DNA from: Gemmatimonadota bacterium | Lineage (GTDB): Bacteria > Gemmatimonadota > Gemmatimonadetes > Gemmatimonadales > GWC2-71-9 | Assembly: GCA_039586365.1 (NCBI GenBank) | Contig: JBDHKN010000019.1 | Coordinates: forward strand, 1 to 53,600 | DNA: 53,600 nt | Reading direction: 5' to 3' | Shown here: positions 28,599 to 37,830 of the stretch, piece after piece | How the letters are laid out: the number at the start of each line of letters is the position of its first letter | Numbering within the stretch: position 1 is the first letter of the stretch | Translations under genes and position numbers: made by a program | Notes under the pieces: model-generated | Told to the model about the DNA's origin: nothing | Seen by the model: only the letters and a program-made list of their open reading frames with translations | The model's database searches: none

Positions 28599-29186
28599 CT
28601 AAGCCCCACCTGAATCCGCCGCTGGGCTGACCTGGTCGATTGCTTCGCCCAACTCGGTGTAGGCGGTCGGATCCAGCTCCCGAAACGGTGCGGCCACGTA
28701 CGAAATCCGACCCTCCGGATCGATCACGAAAAGGGTACGGTTATCCGACGGGCCGGAGGCACGTTCGATAAAAGCACCGTACAACTTACCCGCCTCCGCA
28801 CCTGGGTCACTCGCCATCAAGAACGGAAACTCGTCGTCCCGTGCCCAGGATCGCAGGTCTTCGGCTGAGTCGGTGCTGATCCCGATGAGAACTACTCCAC
28901 GGCCATTGCGAAAGAGCGTTGCGTACTGATCACGGTACGCGTGCATTTGCGCAGTTCAGCCGGCTGTGCGCGCCCGATAAAAGAACGCGAGTACCACGGT
29001 CTTGCCACGGAAGTCGCTGAGGTGAACTTGATCCCGCAGCACACCAAAGCGAGTAGCGCCAACCAACCCGAAATCCGGCGCCATCGCTCCAACCTCGAGC
29101 GGTGTGCCAGTCTGCGCCCTCGCGGGTGCTGCAGCAATCGCTGTAGCTAGCAGGGCTAGGGAAGCGGCAGTTGAAATAACGCGCAT
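28599..29186 (-). CDS. Selenocysteine-containing peroxiredoxin (AhpC/TSA, BCP-like), exported
   Basis: ORFs 28956..29258 and 28599..28946 are in one frame, separated by TGA (28956-28958): LSDFRGKTVVLAFFYRARTAG-U-TAQMHAYRD...GISTD...RTLFVIDPEG. TGA occupies the peroxidatic Cys position. AGGAG SD; signal peptide MRVISTAASLALLATAIAAAPARAQ. Confidence 0.85.
28921..28940 (-). promoter_or_regulatory. Candidate bacterial SECIS hairpin
   Basis: 15 nt after the UGA: GCGUAC-CGUGAUCA-GUACGC, 6-bp perfect stem with a G-containing loop. Confidence 0.55.
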
Positions 29187-29276
29187 CTGGGTGGCTCCTA
29201 GGTGATGGTCCGACACAATCAGTAACGCGTGTGACCTGCCAGGGCAATCCTCGGACATCCTCGGCGACCTGCACCA

Positions 29277-30026
29277 CTAGCCGGCGGTGATACCCCCGTC
29301 CACAGGCAACGCTGTACCCGTCACGAAACTGGCATCTTCCGAAGCAAGGAACAGAATTGCACGGGCAACCTCATCTGGTGTCGCAATTCTTCCCAACGGG
29401 TGCTTGGCTCTCCAGCGGCGCTCCGCTGCGGCGGGATCCGCCTGGGATCGCCAGGCTGAGCGTATCATTTCCGTGTCCACGCTACCGGGACACACCGCAT
29501 TCACGCGGACTCCCTCTGCCGCATGGTCCAGGGCCATCGACCGGGTGAGATTGATCATGGCGGCCTTTGAAGCTGCGTACGCGGCGGCGCCGGCGAACCC
29601 GACCAGGCCAACGTACGACGCAACGTTCACGATACACCCACGGGTAGCTCTGAGTGCCGCAAGCGCATACTTGCTCATGAGGAAGGTCCCTTTGACGTTG
29701 ACGTCAAATGTGTCGTCCCATTCCTCCTCGCTCATCCGGTCGACCGGACGGTCGCGGTAGATGATCCCCGCACAGTTCACGAGAACGTCGAGTCGTTGGT
29801 GTTCGCGCTGGACAGCAGCGACCGCACGTTCACAGTCAGCGCTGTCACTGACGTCACCAACGAGGAACACGGCACCCAATACCTGACGTGCCGCCATGCT
29901 ACCCCGTTCTGGATCGCGCGCGACCAGTACTACCTTCGCTCCTTCTTGTACGAACAGGTGAGCCGTGGCCAGTCCGATCCCGCTGCTCCCGCCGGTGATA
30001 AGCGCTACCTTGTCCTTCAATCGCAT
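29277..30026 (-). CDS. SDR family NAD(P)-dependent oxidoreductase
   Basis: TGGSSGIG, NCAG, YAASK, NAVCPG, VDGG. Confidence 0.95.
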   Translation of the reverse strand: MRLKDKVALITGGSSGIGLATAHLFVQEGAKVVLVARDPERGSMAARQVLGAVFLVGDVSDSADCERAVAAVQREHQRLDVLVNCAGIIYRDRPVDRMSEEEWDDTFDVNVKGTFLMSKYALAALRATRGCIVNVASYVGLVGFAGAAAYAASKAAMINLTRSMALDHAAEGVRVNAVCPGSVDTEMIRSAWRSQADPAAAERRWRAKHPLGRIATPDEVARAILFLASEDASFVTGTALPVDGGITAG

Positions 30027-30356
30027 GTTGCTTTCCTGTCCCTGACGTTTACAGCCACCACCTGAGATCGATTGCTCCCCGCAAGAGTACTCCGGCCTGC
30101 CCTACTCATCACGGTGCCACGATTCTACACCCAGCCGTTGGCAATTCAACCGCATCATCTGACGAATACCGCAATTCCAGCCACTCGCAGGGGTACGATT
30201 CGGCCCGAACCCGGGAGGTAATGCAGCAGATGGCCATGCTGGGGGTCGCCGCCTGGGTCCGGTAGCAGCTGGAACCGCACCGGGCTGAATCCTGGGATCA
30301 GGTTTGGAGTGGGCTCTGATTAGTATGGTAGGTGGAGGGAGCTCTGTTGTCGGCGG

Positions 30357-30770
30357 CTAGAGGCACTTGTACAGCAGCGCCCGCCCACCTATCCGCAGCT
30401 CGTAAGGACCTAGCAGCTGTCCCGTATCAGTAAGTGTCACACGCAGGGTCATCCGCCGTCCATTCGTCCAACCGCGGTACTGGGCCGGGTGCTCGTCGGG
30501 GACTTCACCTTCTCGCACCGGGCCACCGTGCTCGAAAATGTGCGCGCCCAATACGTCGAAGTTGCCCTTGGGGTCCGGTACGATGGGCTGGGCAAGGGTG
30601 CCGTATGAACAGTCGTATTCAACTGTGGCCCCGTTCCACGCGACCGTGAGCGATATGTGTTCGCCACCCCAGGTGCCAATCAACTCAGGCCCCAAGAGGC
30701 TGCCGCCACAGCCTGCCCCCAACAAGAGGACAGCTAAGACATGCACTGCTACAAAGTTGGTTCGGCTCAT
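30357..30770 (-). CDS. Hypothetical lipoprotein
   Basis: Lipobox-like LLLGAGC; GTWGGEHISL motif; additional Cys pair (YDC, C-terminal KCL). Confidence 0.7.
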   Translation of the reverse strand: MSRTNFVAVHVLAVLLLGAGCGGSLLGPELIGTWGGEHISLTVAWNGATVEYDCSYGTLAQPIVPDPKGNFDVLGAHIFEHGGPVREGEVPDEHPAQYRGWTNGRRMTLRVTLTDTGQLLGPYELRIGGRALLYKCL

Positions 30771-30976
30771 GCTGCATCCACCCGCTGGGCTCAGCGATCA
30801 AGAAAGGTGCTCCATAGTCGATACCCGCCACGCCTCCGACGCGTCACATGCGGCTGGGTAAGGACAATTCGCCGGCTGTCTTGCCTCTAAGACGGCACTA
30901 CAAGCGAACTCGGCGTCACCGAGATAGTTGTGCAGATGCTGCAGCTACAAAAGGTGGGTCTGCAGTTGAAGTGGGC

Positions 30977-31174
30977 TCAGTCGCTCTTGCGGCGCTCTCC
31001 GTTCTGGCGCCGGTCCACCCCGGTACGCTGTCCTACTTGCAGCGCTGCAGGAGAGGCTCGACGGTCTCCTTCCCGGCGGTCCTTTCCCGTACGGCGCTCA
31101 TCTCGTTTCCAGCGTGGGCGGGTTCTAATCTCCATCAACTCCTCTGTTGCTTCCCCCGTGATCAGCCGCGCCAT
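30977..31174 (-). CDS. Small Arg-rich protein with ERR/DRR repeats
   Basis: GGAG SD before ATG 31174; ERRTGKDRREGDRR...DRRQNGERRKSD. Confidence 0.5.
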   Translation of the reverse strand: MARLITGEATEELMEIRTRPRWKRDERRTGKDRREGDRRASPAALQVGQRTGVDRRQNGERRKSD

Positions 31175-31406
31175 TATCTCCGTCACATTATGAAAAATTG
31201 ATGAAAATTCTATGAAGGGGACGGCTGGCCATGAGGCAGGTCGGCTCCAGATCGGCACCCCTACACATTCTGGCGCCCGACGCGACCGGTCGATTATGTT
31301 CTCGTCACGGCGATGGCGCGCTACTTGGTGCGTGGCAGGCGGCTTGCAGCGTCTGTCCCCTGGTTGTGGCAGCACCGCGTCGGACCCGCGGGAGAACGGA
31401 GCATTC

Positions 31407-32444
31407 ATGAGCGTCAGATATCAGGTGTCCATCATGTCAGTCGGTGACGGACTTCGGTCGGTCAGGGAGAGGATCGTCAAGGCAGTAGTGCACATGGGCC
31501 ACCTACCGGTCGATCTAGTGTCCGCTGACGTGTTCCACCAGGCGCCGGTGGAAACCCTCGCCCGGCACCTCGAGCGCACTGACTATCTGGTGGTGGTCAT
31601 CGCTTCGGACCGGGAGGTCGCCACCGAGATCGTCGAGAAGGCTGCAGAGGCGTGTGACCTGGCTGCGCAGAACGGAGTTCCCGTCCTCGGCCTGCTCGCA
31701 CGCGACGCATCGGAATCCGAGATCGTCGAGAGTTCCGCCAGTGCATCCCTAGTGGCGGACATTGAGCGCAGCAAGGCGGGCGCCGTGCAGACTCTCGAGC
31801 ACCCGGCCGTGGCGACCAAATTGCTCAGTGAGCTGTTTGATGCCCGCCCCCGCCCCGGCTGGGTATCCGGCGACAAACTCCCCACTAGTGAAGTGGCCAG
31901 TGAGTTGGTCCGCTTGACCAAGGAGAATGCGGAACTGCGCGAAACTGGCATCAGCTTCCAGCCGGGGATACCCGAGGAGTCCCGCTGGGAACCAGTTGTC
32001 GGAGCACTGGAGGACAACAAGATCCTGATTCCGGTCTGGAACAAGTCGGCCTCGGTGTGGGAGCAGCCGGTGGAAATGAGCCTGTTCACCTTCTTCTCCC
32101 GAATCGGCCCACAACTCACGGTGGAGCTGTCGGTGGCCGATGCTGCCGAGTTCGTGCCGACCGGCGTGTGTCAGCTGGAGGCTCGTGAGGGTAGACCTCC
32201 GTGGATAATACCACTCCACTCCCTGAACCTCTGGCTCACCGATTTGTTGGCTCTTGGGCTGGTGGCCCCTTCCAAGCGCAAGCACATTAGGAAGGACCGC
32301 AACCAGTATTGGTCGCTGACCACGGAAGGCCGTGAATTCCTCGCGTACGTGCGGCGCAACGCACTCAATGCCGGAGGGCACCGCCACGTCGGATTCACTT
32401 CCGAGTTCCCTATTGTAGTGCCCTACGGGGACGAGGACGACTAG
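31407..32444 (+). CDS. Divergent DUF4062-like (TIR/NDT-fold) domain protein with coiled coil and C-terminal winged-helix-like region
   Basis: RYQVSIMS...RERIVKAVVHMGHLPV...TDYLVVVI...GVPVLGLL; PRPGWVSGD; ELVRLTKENAELR; LLALGLV...YWSLTTEG; GGAG SD. Confidence 0.7.
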   Translation: MSVRYQVSIMSVGDGLRSVRERIVKAVVHMGHLPVDLVSADVFHQAPVETLARHLERTDYLVVVIASDREVATEIVEKAAEACDLAAQNGVPVLGLLARDASESEIVESSASASLVADIERSKAGAVQTLEHPAVATKLLSELFDARPRPGWVSGDKLPTSEVASELVRLTKENAELRETGISFQPGIPEESRWEPVVGALEDNKILIPVWNKSASVWEQPVEMSLFTFFSRIGPQLTVELSVADAAEFVPTGVCQLEAREGRPPWIIPLHSLNLWLTDLLALGLVAPSKRKHIRKDRNQYWSLTTEGREFLAYVRRNALNAGGHRHVGFTSEFPIVVPYGDEDD

Positions 32445-32459
32445 CCGACGACCCGAGGT

Positions 32460-33431
32460 TTATCTCGGCAGGTACCTCTTCGGGAACTTCGCCACGACGG
32501 TGTAGATCGGATCGACCACGTTGGCGACGGTGCTCTCCACGAGTTGTCCAAGCAGCGTGTAGGCATCCCACCGTCCGAAACCGTACTCTTCCAGCCACTC
32601 CACCAACTCGACGTGGGCCAGCCGATAGGCGTCGATGAGGGGACGCGCACTCCCGGCTACCATTATGTACTCGTCGTCCTCCAGTCTCGGCCAATCAATT
32701 GTCTTGCCCTTTATGACGTCGATCTTGAGAACCACGTCGACAGACGTCTCCAGACCGGTACCACCCACTTCGCCGTGCCCTTGACGCGCGTGAGCGTCAC
32801 CGAAGTAGAAATAGGCGCCTTCGTGAAACACGGGAAGGAATACAGTAGTACCCTCCCGGACCTCAGGAGCGTCCATGTTGCCGCCGAAGTCTCCCGGCCA
32901 CAGCCCACTGAAGGCTTCTTCACCTCTGGGAGCAACAGCAACCCGTCCTAGCATCGGCTGTAAATCAATCTCGATAGTCTTCATCCTGCTATCCGGCAAC
33001 TCCGTCCTGCCCACCATCCGCTCGTGATCGAGTTCCCACACGTATCGTCGTGAGGGGACCGGATCGTTCAGCATGCGAACTCGCCGGTCCGCAGATAACC
33101 CACCGAAATCAGGGCTTATCCGCGAGGCTGCTAGATCGTGGTTAGGTGTGACCTCGATTATCTCGACGACGAGCATGTCGTCGGTAGTCACACCTTCGAC
33201 GTAGATAGGTCCGACCTCGCCCGGAAACGCGCCGCCCTCCCGCGTGAAATACGGTCCGAAATTGGTGTTGGAGATGAGCACCGTGGGAGGCGTGATTCGT
33301 AACACCGGTTCACGCACCGCGAATGTCGGCTGCCCAACTGTCGGCGTGAACCGCACCGTATCCTGAGCTGACAGGCTGACACTGCTCAATAGCGGAGCCA
33401 AAACAACCGTAGTGAACGTCAGAGCACGCAT
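32460..33431 (-). CDS. Acetamidase/formamidase family protein, secreted
   Basis: Signal peptide MRALTFTT...SLSAQ; GPIYVEG, GGNMDAPE, GDAHARQGHGE, GLE. Confidence 0.88.
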   Translation of the reverse strand: MRALTFTTVVLAPLLSSVSLSAQDTVRFTPTVGQPTFAVREPVLRITPPTVLISNTNFGPYFTREGGAFPGEVGPIYVEGVTTDDMLVVEIIEVTPNHDLAASRISPDFGGLSADRRVRMLNDPVPSRRYVWELDHERMVGRTELPDSRMKTIEIDLQPMLGRVAVAPRGEEAFSGLWPGDFGGNMDAPEVREGTTVFLPVFHEGAYFYFGDAHARQGHGEVGGTGLETSVDVVLKIDVIKGKTIDWPRLEDDEYIMVAGSARPLIDAYRLAHVELVEWLEEYGFGRWDAYTLLGQLVESTVANVVDPIYTVVAKFPKRYLPR

Positions 33432-33591
33432 GATTCCATCCCGAGAATGACCCGGCGTAATCTGAGCCACAACGGCGGCCCTGGCAATCACCCCAACGCC
33501 GAGCGGTATTGCCACTGGGGTTTCTTGGCGGTGAGCGCGACTGACCTGAGAAAGACAGTGCTCGGTTTTAGTGTGACTGGGACCCGACCAA

Positions 33592-36084
33592 CTATCGGCT
33601 CCAGAGCACGATGACTCCGCAATCCGAACCCGTGCGGTTGAACTCCGGTGGCACCTCGCTGGCTCCATTGTAGATCTCCAGCGCGGCTAGATCTTCGACG
33701 TGGAACGACAGTAGCTGATCGATGTCGAAGAGCAATCCATCCACATACACAACAGGCTGCTGCAGTAGAGAGCGGCACAACGCGGAAGCCTTCGAGAACA
33801 AGAAGTACTCGTTGACACCTGCCGTGTTGCTGCCCGGGCGAAGCACATCGACGCCTCGTACTCTGCGTATGAGATCCGTGATTCTCAGGCCCCGCGATCG
33901 CTCGATTTCGTCCGGGCCGAGAAACTGTCCCCTTCCCCTCTCCCGGCGTCGGAAGAACTCGACGAGTTTCTCAGGTACAGCGATGTGCTCCCCCGCTACC
34001 ACAATCTCCTCCAGCCCGACTGCCAAGGGACTCAAGTCGACACTCAGCGTAACATCGGAGTCATCTTCATCGACCATGAGATCCAGCCCGATCGGCTCGT
34101 ATCCTCGCCGGCGGAATGTCACGTAGTTGGTACCCACAGGCACTGCAACATCCACCATATCAAACGTCCCGTCCGCCCGAGTGCCGACCGTGTCGGCGCC
34201 GTTCAAGATCACCAGAGCAGCTTCGAGAGGTTCCCCCGTCTCCCGATCGGACACTATCCCACTGAGCATCACGCCGTCACTCGGCGTGCCGTCTTGGTCT
34301 CGTGCCACCAGGTCAAGATCCACTTTCCACAGGCCGTGGGGGGCAGAGAAGGAATGATCATAGGCCTGTCCCACAGTCCTGTCCCAGGCGAAGAGCAGCT
34401 CTCCCTCGAGAACACGAGAGAAAATGATGCTCGCCCGCCTGCTGCTGGTAGCTTCTTTTTCCGCAGCCAGGTCGACCGGACGTCCAGCCGGTATGTCGCA
34501 CAGCGCAAAGGACCCGTTGCTGTCGGTCTCGACATCCTCCCGCACGTCACTGACCCGAAATCTGTCTCCGGACGATGTGAGTGTCTGCCACTCCGCTGAC
34601 ACGGTCGCATCTGCAATCGTCCGTCCCGCCGCACGGACTACACCGACCACTACACGTCGGTCGCGGAGGCTGAGGCCGCGTCCACATAAGCGCCGCATCA
34701 CGGTGTTCACATGTGGGATCCGGAAAGACGCGGTCTGATTGTCCTCCCGTGACAACCTTACCACCTGCTGTGAGCTTCCCACCGCAATTGAGTCCAACCA
34801 GGGATGGGTGACCGCCAGGGTGTACTCGCCCTCGAGCGGTGCAGCAAGATCGAACTGCCCGTTGCTGTCGGTCACGGCCCTGAAATCCGTGCCTGCCACA
34901 CCGACGACCGCTTTGCCCAGCGGTAGCGCCTTGGTGCTATCAAAGACCTCTCCTGTCACCCTCGAGAGGGGAGTCTCGAACACTCTAGTGCCGTCGCGCA
35001 TAGCAACCGCCAGAATCTCACCGCCGGTGTCTCGGAATCCTGCCACAGTTGGCCTGCGTCGCATCAGACGACGGGAATCTTCCAGCACAGTGATAACCGG
35101 AGTCCTCACCTGCCAACGCCGCACGATCCATGCACCTGAGGGGAGCGCCATGAACTCGACCGTCCCACCCACCCGACTGTCGTCGAGGCTCTCGGGGAGG
35201 CGAGTGTGTCTCACCTCCAAGGAACGCAATTCTGATGTGGTCTCATCCAGCCACAGGGCTCCCTCGACGTCGGGAAGGCGGCGATCAGTCACGGGTTCGA
35301 ATGCAAGGCCGACCAGGCCGGGTCTCTTGTCCGAGTCACGCACAACGTGGAAACAGTGTGTCCCGAGAAAGGCCGGATCGAGCAGCACGTGTGCGTCCGG
35401 GATGTAGTACCAGGTTCCATCGCGGCGTTCGACGACATACCCCTCTGCGGCAAGCTGGTCGGCAGGAATGCTCTTGAAAGGTGGCTCGGACACGGCGGCC
35501 ATGGTGGTGCCGTCCTCGCTCAACACATTGCGACGGTGTTCGTCCAAATCCCTCTTGTAACTATACTTGCGGTAGTGAAACAGCTCCTGTTCGTCGCTCC
35601 AGGTCGTGGCAGCCAGAGCTTTCCGAATCTCCTCCCAGATGACCACAGTCGCCGCACCCCGCTCTGGATTGACGTGGCAGCGGTCCTTGCCCAGAACCTC
35701 CACAGCGGCGAGCTGCACGGGCAACGCCGCGACTCGCAGCGTGTGGTCAACGGTGGTGTCCGCAGAAAGCTGAAATCGATCGGACAGAAAGGCGCGGTAA
35801 CCGATGCGTTCGGATTTCAACCGATAGACACCAGCGCTGGGCGCTCGCAGTGTGAATCTGCCAGCGCCCGAACTGAGAGTGCGGGCCACTTCGGCTCCGG
35901 TTTCGTCCAACAGAACGACGAACCCGGTCCCAACAGGCACGCCCCTCGTCGAATCCACGACCTGCCCCACTACCACCTGCCCCTGGAGCGAGCCCGCAGC
36001 GCACAATACCGCCGCCAACACGCCCAGCAGGCCGACACCATGAGGTAGTGGATTAGGCATGTATGAAGGTAGTGGATTACGCAT
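33592..36084 (-). CDS. Carboxypeptidase-regulatory-like domain protein with C-terminal TonB plug-like domain (no barrel)
   Basis: Signal peptide; repeated G.V.D......G.F...RIGY/RRGY domains; C-terminal PVVYVDG...ALEIYNG...CGVIVLWSR. Confidence 0.8.
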   Translation of the reverse strand: MRNPLPSYMPNPLPHGVGLLGVLAAVLCAAGSLQGQVVVGQVVDSTRGVPVGTGFVVLLDETGAEVARTLSSGAGRFTLRAPSAGVYRLKSERIGYRAFLSDRFQLSADTTVDHTLRVAALPVQLAAVEVLGKDRCHVNPERGAATVVIWEEIRKALAATTWSDEQELFHYRKYSYKRDLDEHRRNVLSEDGTTMAAVSEPPFKSIPADQLAAEGYVVERRDGTWYYIPDAHVLLDPAFLGTHCFHVVRDSDKRPGLVGLAFEPVTDRRLPDVEGALWLDETTSELRSLEVRHTRLPESLDDSRVGGTVEFMALPSGAWIVRRWQVRTPVITVLEDSRRLMRRRPTVAGFRDTGGEILAVAMRDGTRVFETPLSRVTGEVFDSTKALPLGKAVVGVAGTDFRAVTDSNGQFDLAAPLEGEYTLAVTHPWLDSIAVGSSQQVVRLSREDNQTASFRIPHVNTVMRRLCGRGLSLRDRRVVVGVVRAAGRTIADATVSAEWQTLTSSGDRFRVSDVREDVETDSNGSFALCDIPAGRPVDLAAEKEATSSRRASIIFSRVLEGELLFAWDRTVGQAYDHSFSAPHGLWKVDLDLVARDQDGTPSDGVMLSGIVSDRETGEPLEAALVILNGADTVGTRADGTFDMVDVAVPVGTNYVTFRRRGYEPIGLDLMVDEDDSDVTLSVDLSPLAVGLEEIVVAGEHIAVPEKLVEFFRRRERGRGQFLGPDEIERSRGLRITDLIRRVRGVDVLRPGSNTAGVNEYFLFSKASALCRSLLQQPVVYVDGLLFDIDQLLSFHVEDLAALEIYNGASEVPPEFNRTGSDCGVIVLWSR

Positions 36085-36259
36085 CTATGGATTATATACC
36101 GACAGACTCGCGTTTTGTGCCAGTCCATACTCTGCTGGGCCGGAAGAATCGGAATGGACAGACCCAACTGCTGAGTGAACCCCTCGGGCTCAAACCACCC
36201 AAGGCTCTCGCTCCAACCACATGATCCGAACGGGTAACCCGCTCGAGGCTAGTGTGACC

Positions 36260-36784
36260 ATGGAAGAGCTCGTAGTCCTCGTCGACGATGCAGACCGGGA
36301 GCTGGGATTCCAGGAGAAGATGGCGGCACACCGTAGCGGTGCTCTCCACCGCGCCTTTTCCACATTCGTCACCAATCGCAGCGGCCAACTCCTGCTGCAA
36401 CGCAGGGCTGCGACTAAGTATCACTCGCCTCTACTCTGGTCGAACACCTGTTGCGGCCATCCACGGCCGGGTGAGTCAGTCGAAGCCGCGGCTCACCGCC
36501 GGCTACGAGAGGAAATGGGGTTTGACTGCCCTCTGACGGTGTCTTTCAGTTTTGCTTACCGCGCCGAGCTAGATGACGGCATGGTAGAGCATGAGGTCGA
36601 TCACGTGCTGGTAGGACGGTTTGACGGTGAGCCTGTCGCCAACCCCGAAGAAGTCGAGTCGTGGCGCTGGATCGACAAAGCTGAACTGGCCAGAGAGATA
36701 ACAACGCACCCGCACCGCTATACTGCCTGGCTCGGCATTGCGCTCGAACAAATGGAGCGCCGAACATCGGCACCTTCGCAGTAG
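36260..36784 (+). CDS. idi: Isopentenyl-diphosphate delta-isomerase type 1
   Basis: VVLVD, K..AH...LHRAFS, LLLQRRA..KYH, WSNTCCGHP, RLREEMG, EHEVDHV, NPEEV. Confidence 0.96.
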   Translation: MEELVVLVDDADRELGFQEKMAAHRSGALHRAFSTFVTNRSGQLLLQRRAATKYHSPLLWSNTCCGHPRPGESVEAAAHRRLREEMGFDCPLTVSFSFAYRAELDDGMVEHEVDHVLVGRFDGEPVANPEEVESWRWIDKAELAREITTHPHRYTAWLGIALEQMERRTSAPSQ

Positions 36785-36814
36785 CTACTCCCCCATTTCA
36801 GGAAAGCCCTGTAC

Positions 36815-37720
36815 ATGGCCGCTCAGATTTCGGAGTTGACGGTGGACATCAAGCTGACTTTGACCAAACGACTGCTCGCATTCCTAGCGGGTACGCTCAC
36901 CATCAGCACGCTGGTTGCCTGCGCTACCCCTGAGCTGCTACAAGCACAGAAACCCCGGTGGCTGCTCCCGTCTCGGGACTACTTGCCAAAGCTGATCGCC
37001 GGGCCGCGTGATCCGGTGACGCAAGCCAAACTGGTCCTGGTCACGGAGAGCGTGAACCAGTTCGAGGACGTGGCCGAGGCCGAGGTGGCGTTGGGCGCCT
37101 CGGTACCGGGGTTCCTCCTGACTGGACACACGCTGGAAGATGCCTTGGTGTTCGGTATTGAAGCTGCGGTCTTTGGCAGATTCACTCTGGAAACCATCGA
37201 GCGGGATGTGATCTCTACCGACTGGGTCGTACTCGTCCCACTCGTCCTGCACCGGGGCAATCACTGGTTCCGCTTGGCCTATCACCATATCAGCTCGCAC
37301 CTCGGGGACGACTACATCAATCGGTTCCGAGATGAGGCCCGGAACTACGGGCGTGATGCCGTAGAGAGTCTGGCCTACTTCCAGGTCCTCCCGCAACTCG
37401 CCGTGTACGGTGGCGCCAACGTAGCCTACAACGTCCATCCGGACGATGCCCGGCGCTGGACCCTGCGGTTAGGGAATGAGTTCAGGACAACCACAACCGA
37501 CGGCAACTTCATGCCGTACGGGGCGGTGGACTTTCAGTTGGAGCAAGACAACGGCTGGGAACCGCGCGTCGACGTGCAACTTGGAGCCTGGTTCCCAAAG
37601 TTGGATGGGCGGCGCGTCGTTCGCTGCGGGATCGAGCTTCTGACCGGACCCAGCCCACAAGGACAGTTTTCCAGCATGAACGCTGCGGAAATCAGCTTCG
37701 GAGTGTGGGTGGAGCTGTGA
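36815..37720 (+). CDS. DUF1207-like outer-membrane protein
   Basis: LIAGPRDP, YHHISSHLGDDY, GPSPQGQF; amphipathic beta strands. Confidence 0.75.
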   Translation: MAAQISELTVDIKLTLTKRLLAFLAGTLTISTLVACATPELLQAQKPRWLLPSRDYLPKLIAGPRDPVTQAKLVLVTESVNQFEDVAEAEVALGASVPGFLLTGHTLEDALVFGIEAAVFGRFTLETIERDVISTDWVVLVPLVLHRGNHWFRLAYHHISSHLGDDYINRFRDEARNYGRDAVESLAYFQVLPQLAVYGGANVAYNVHPDDARRWTLRLGNEFRTTTTDGNFMPYGAVDFQLEQDNGWEPRVDVQLGAWFPKLDGRRVVRCGIELLTGPSPQGQFSSMNAAEISFGVWVEL

Positions 37721-37725
37721 TGACT

Positions 37726-37830
37726 GGGAGCTGAGAGCGGGGAGCGGGGAGTGGGCCCGTCCCCCCACCGCTCCCGGCTCTCTGCTCCCTGCTCCCTGTT
37801 ACCGCTCCCCGCTCCCCGCTCTCGGCTCCC
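37726..37830. repeat. Heptamer (GGGAGCN/GAGAGCN) tandem inverted repeat element
   Basis: 4 forward units (37726-37753) and about 8 reverse units; 37726-37753 pairs with 37803-37830 over 28 bp (2 G.U). Confidence 0.8.

Noticed and set aside
28599..29258. Two separate small ORFs (115 aa and 100 aa) in the ORF track
   Set aside because: They are in-frame halves of one thioredoxin-fold protein joined by a TGA at the active site.
30221..30265. GGAGG-led 14-codon ORF (MQQMAMLGVAAWVR) ending in TAG; possible read-through or riboswitch region
   Set aside because: Too short, no recognisable family or RNA motif, and no support for recoding.
36044..36084. Direct repeat GGTAGTGGATTA(G/C)GCAT x2
   Set aside because: Simple local duplication at the gene start (MRNPLP/MPNPLP); it only makes the start codon ambiguous.
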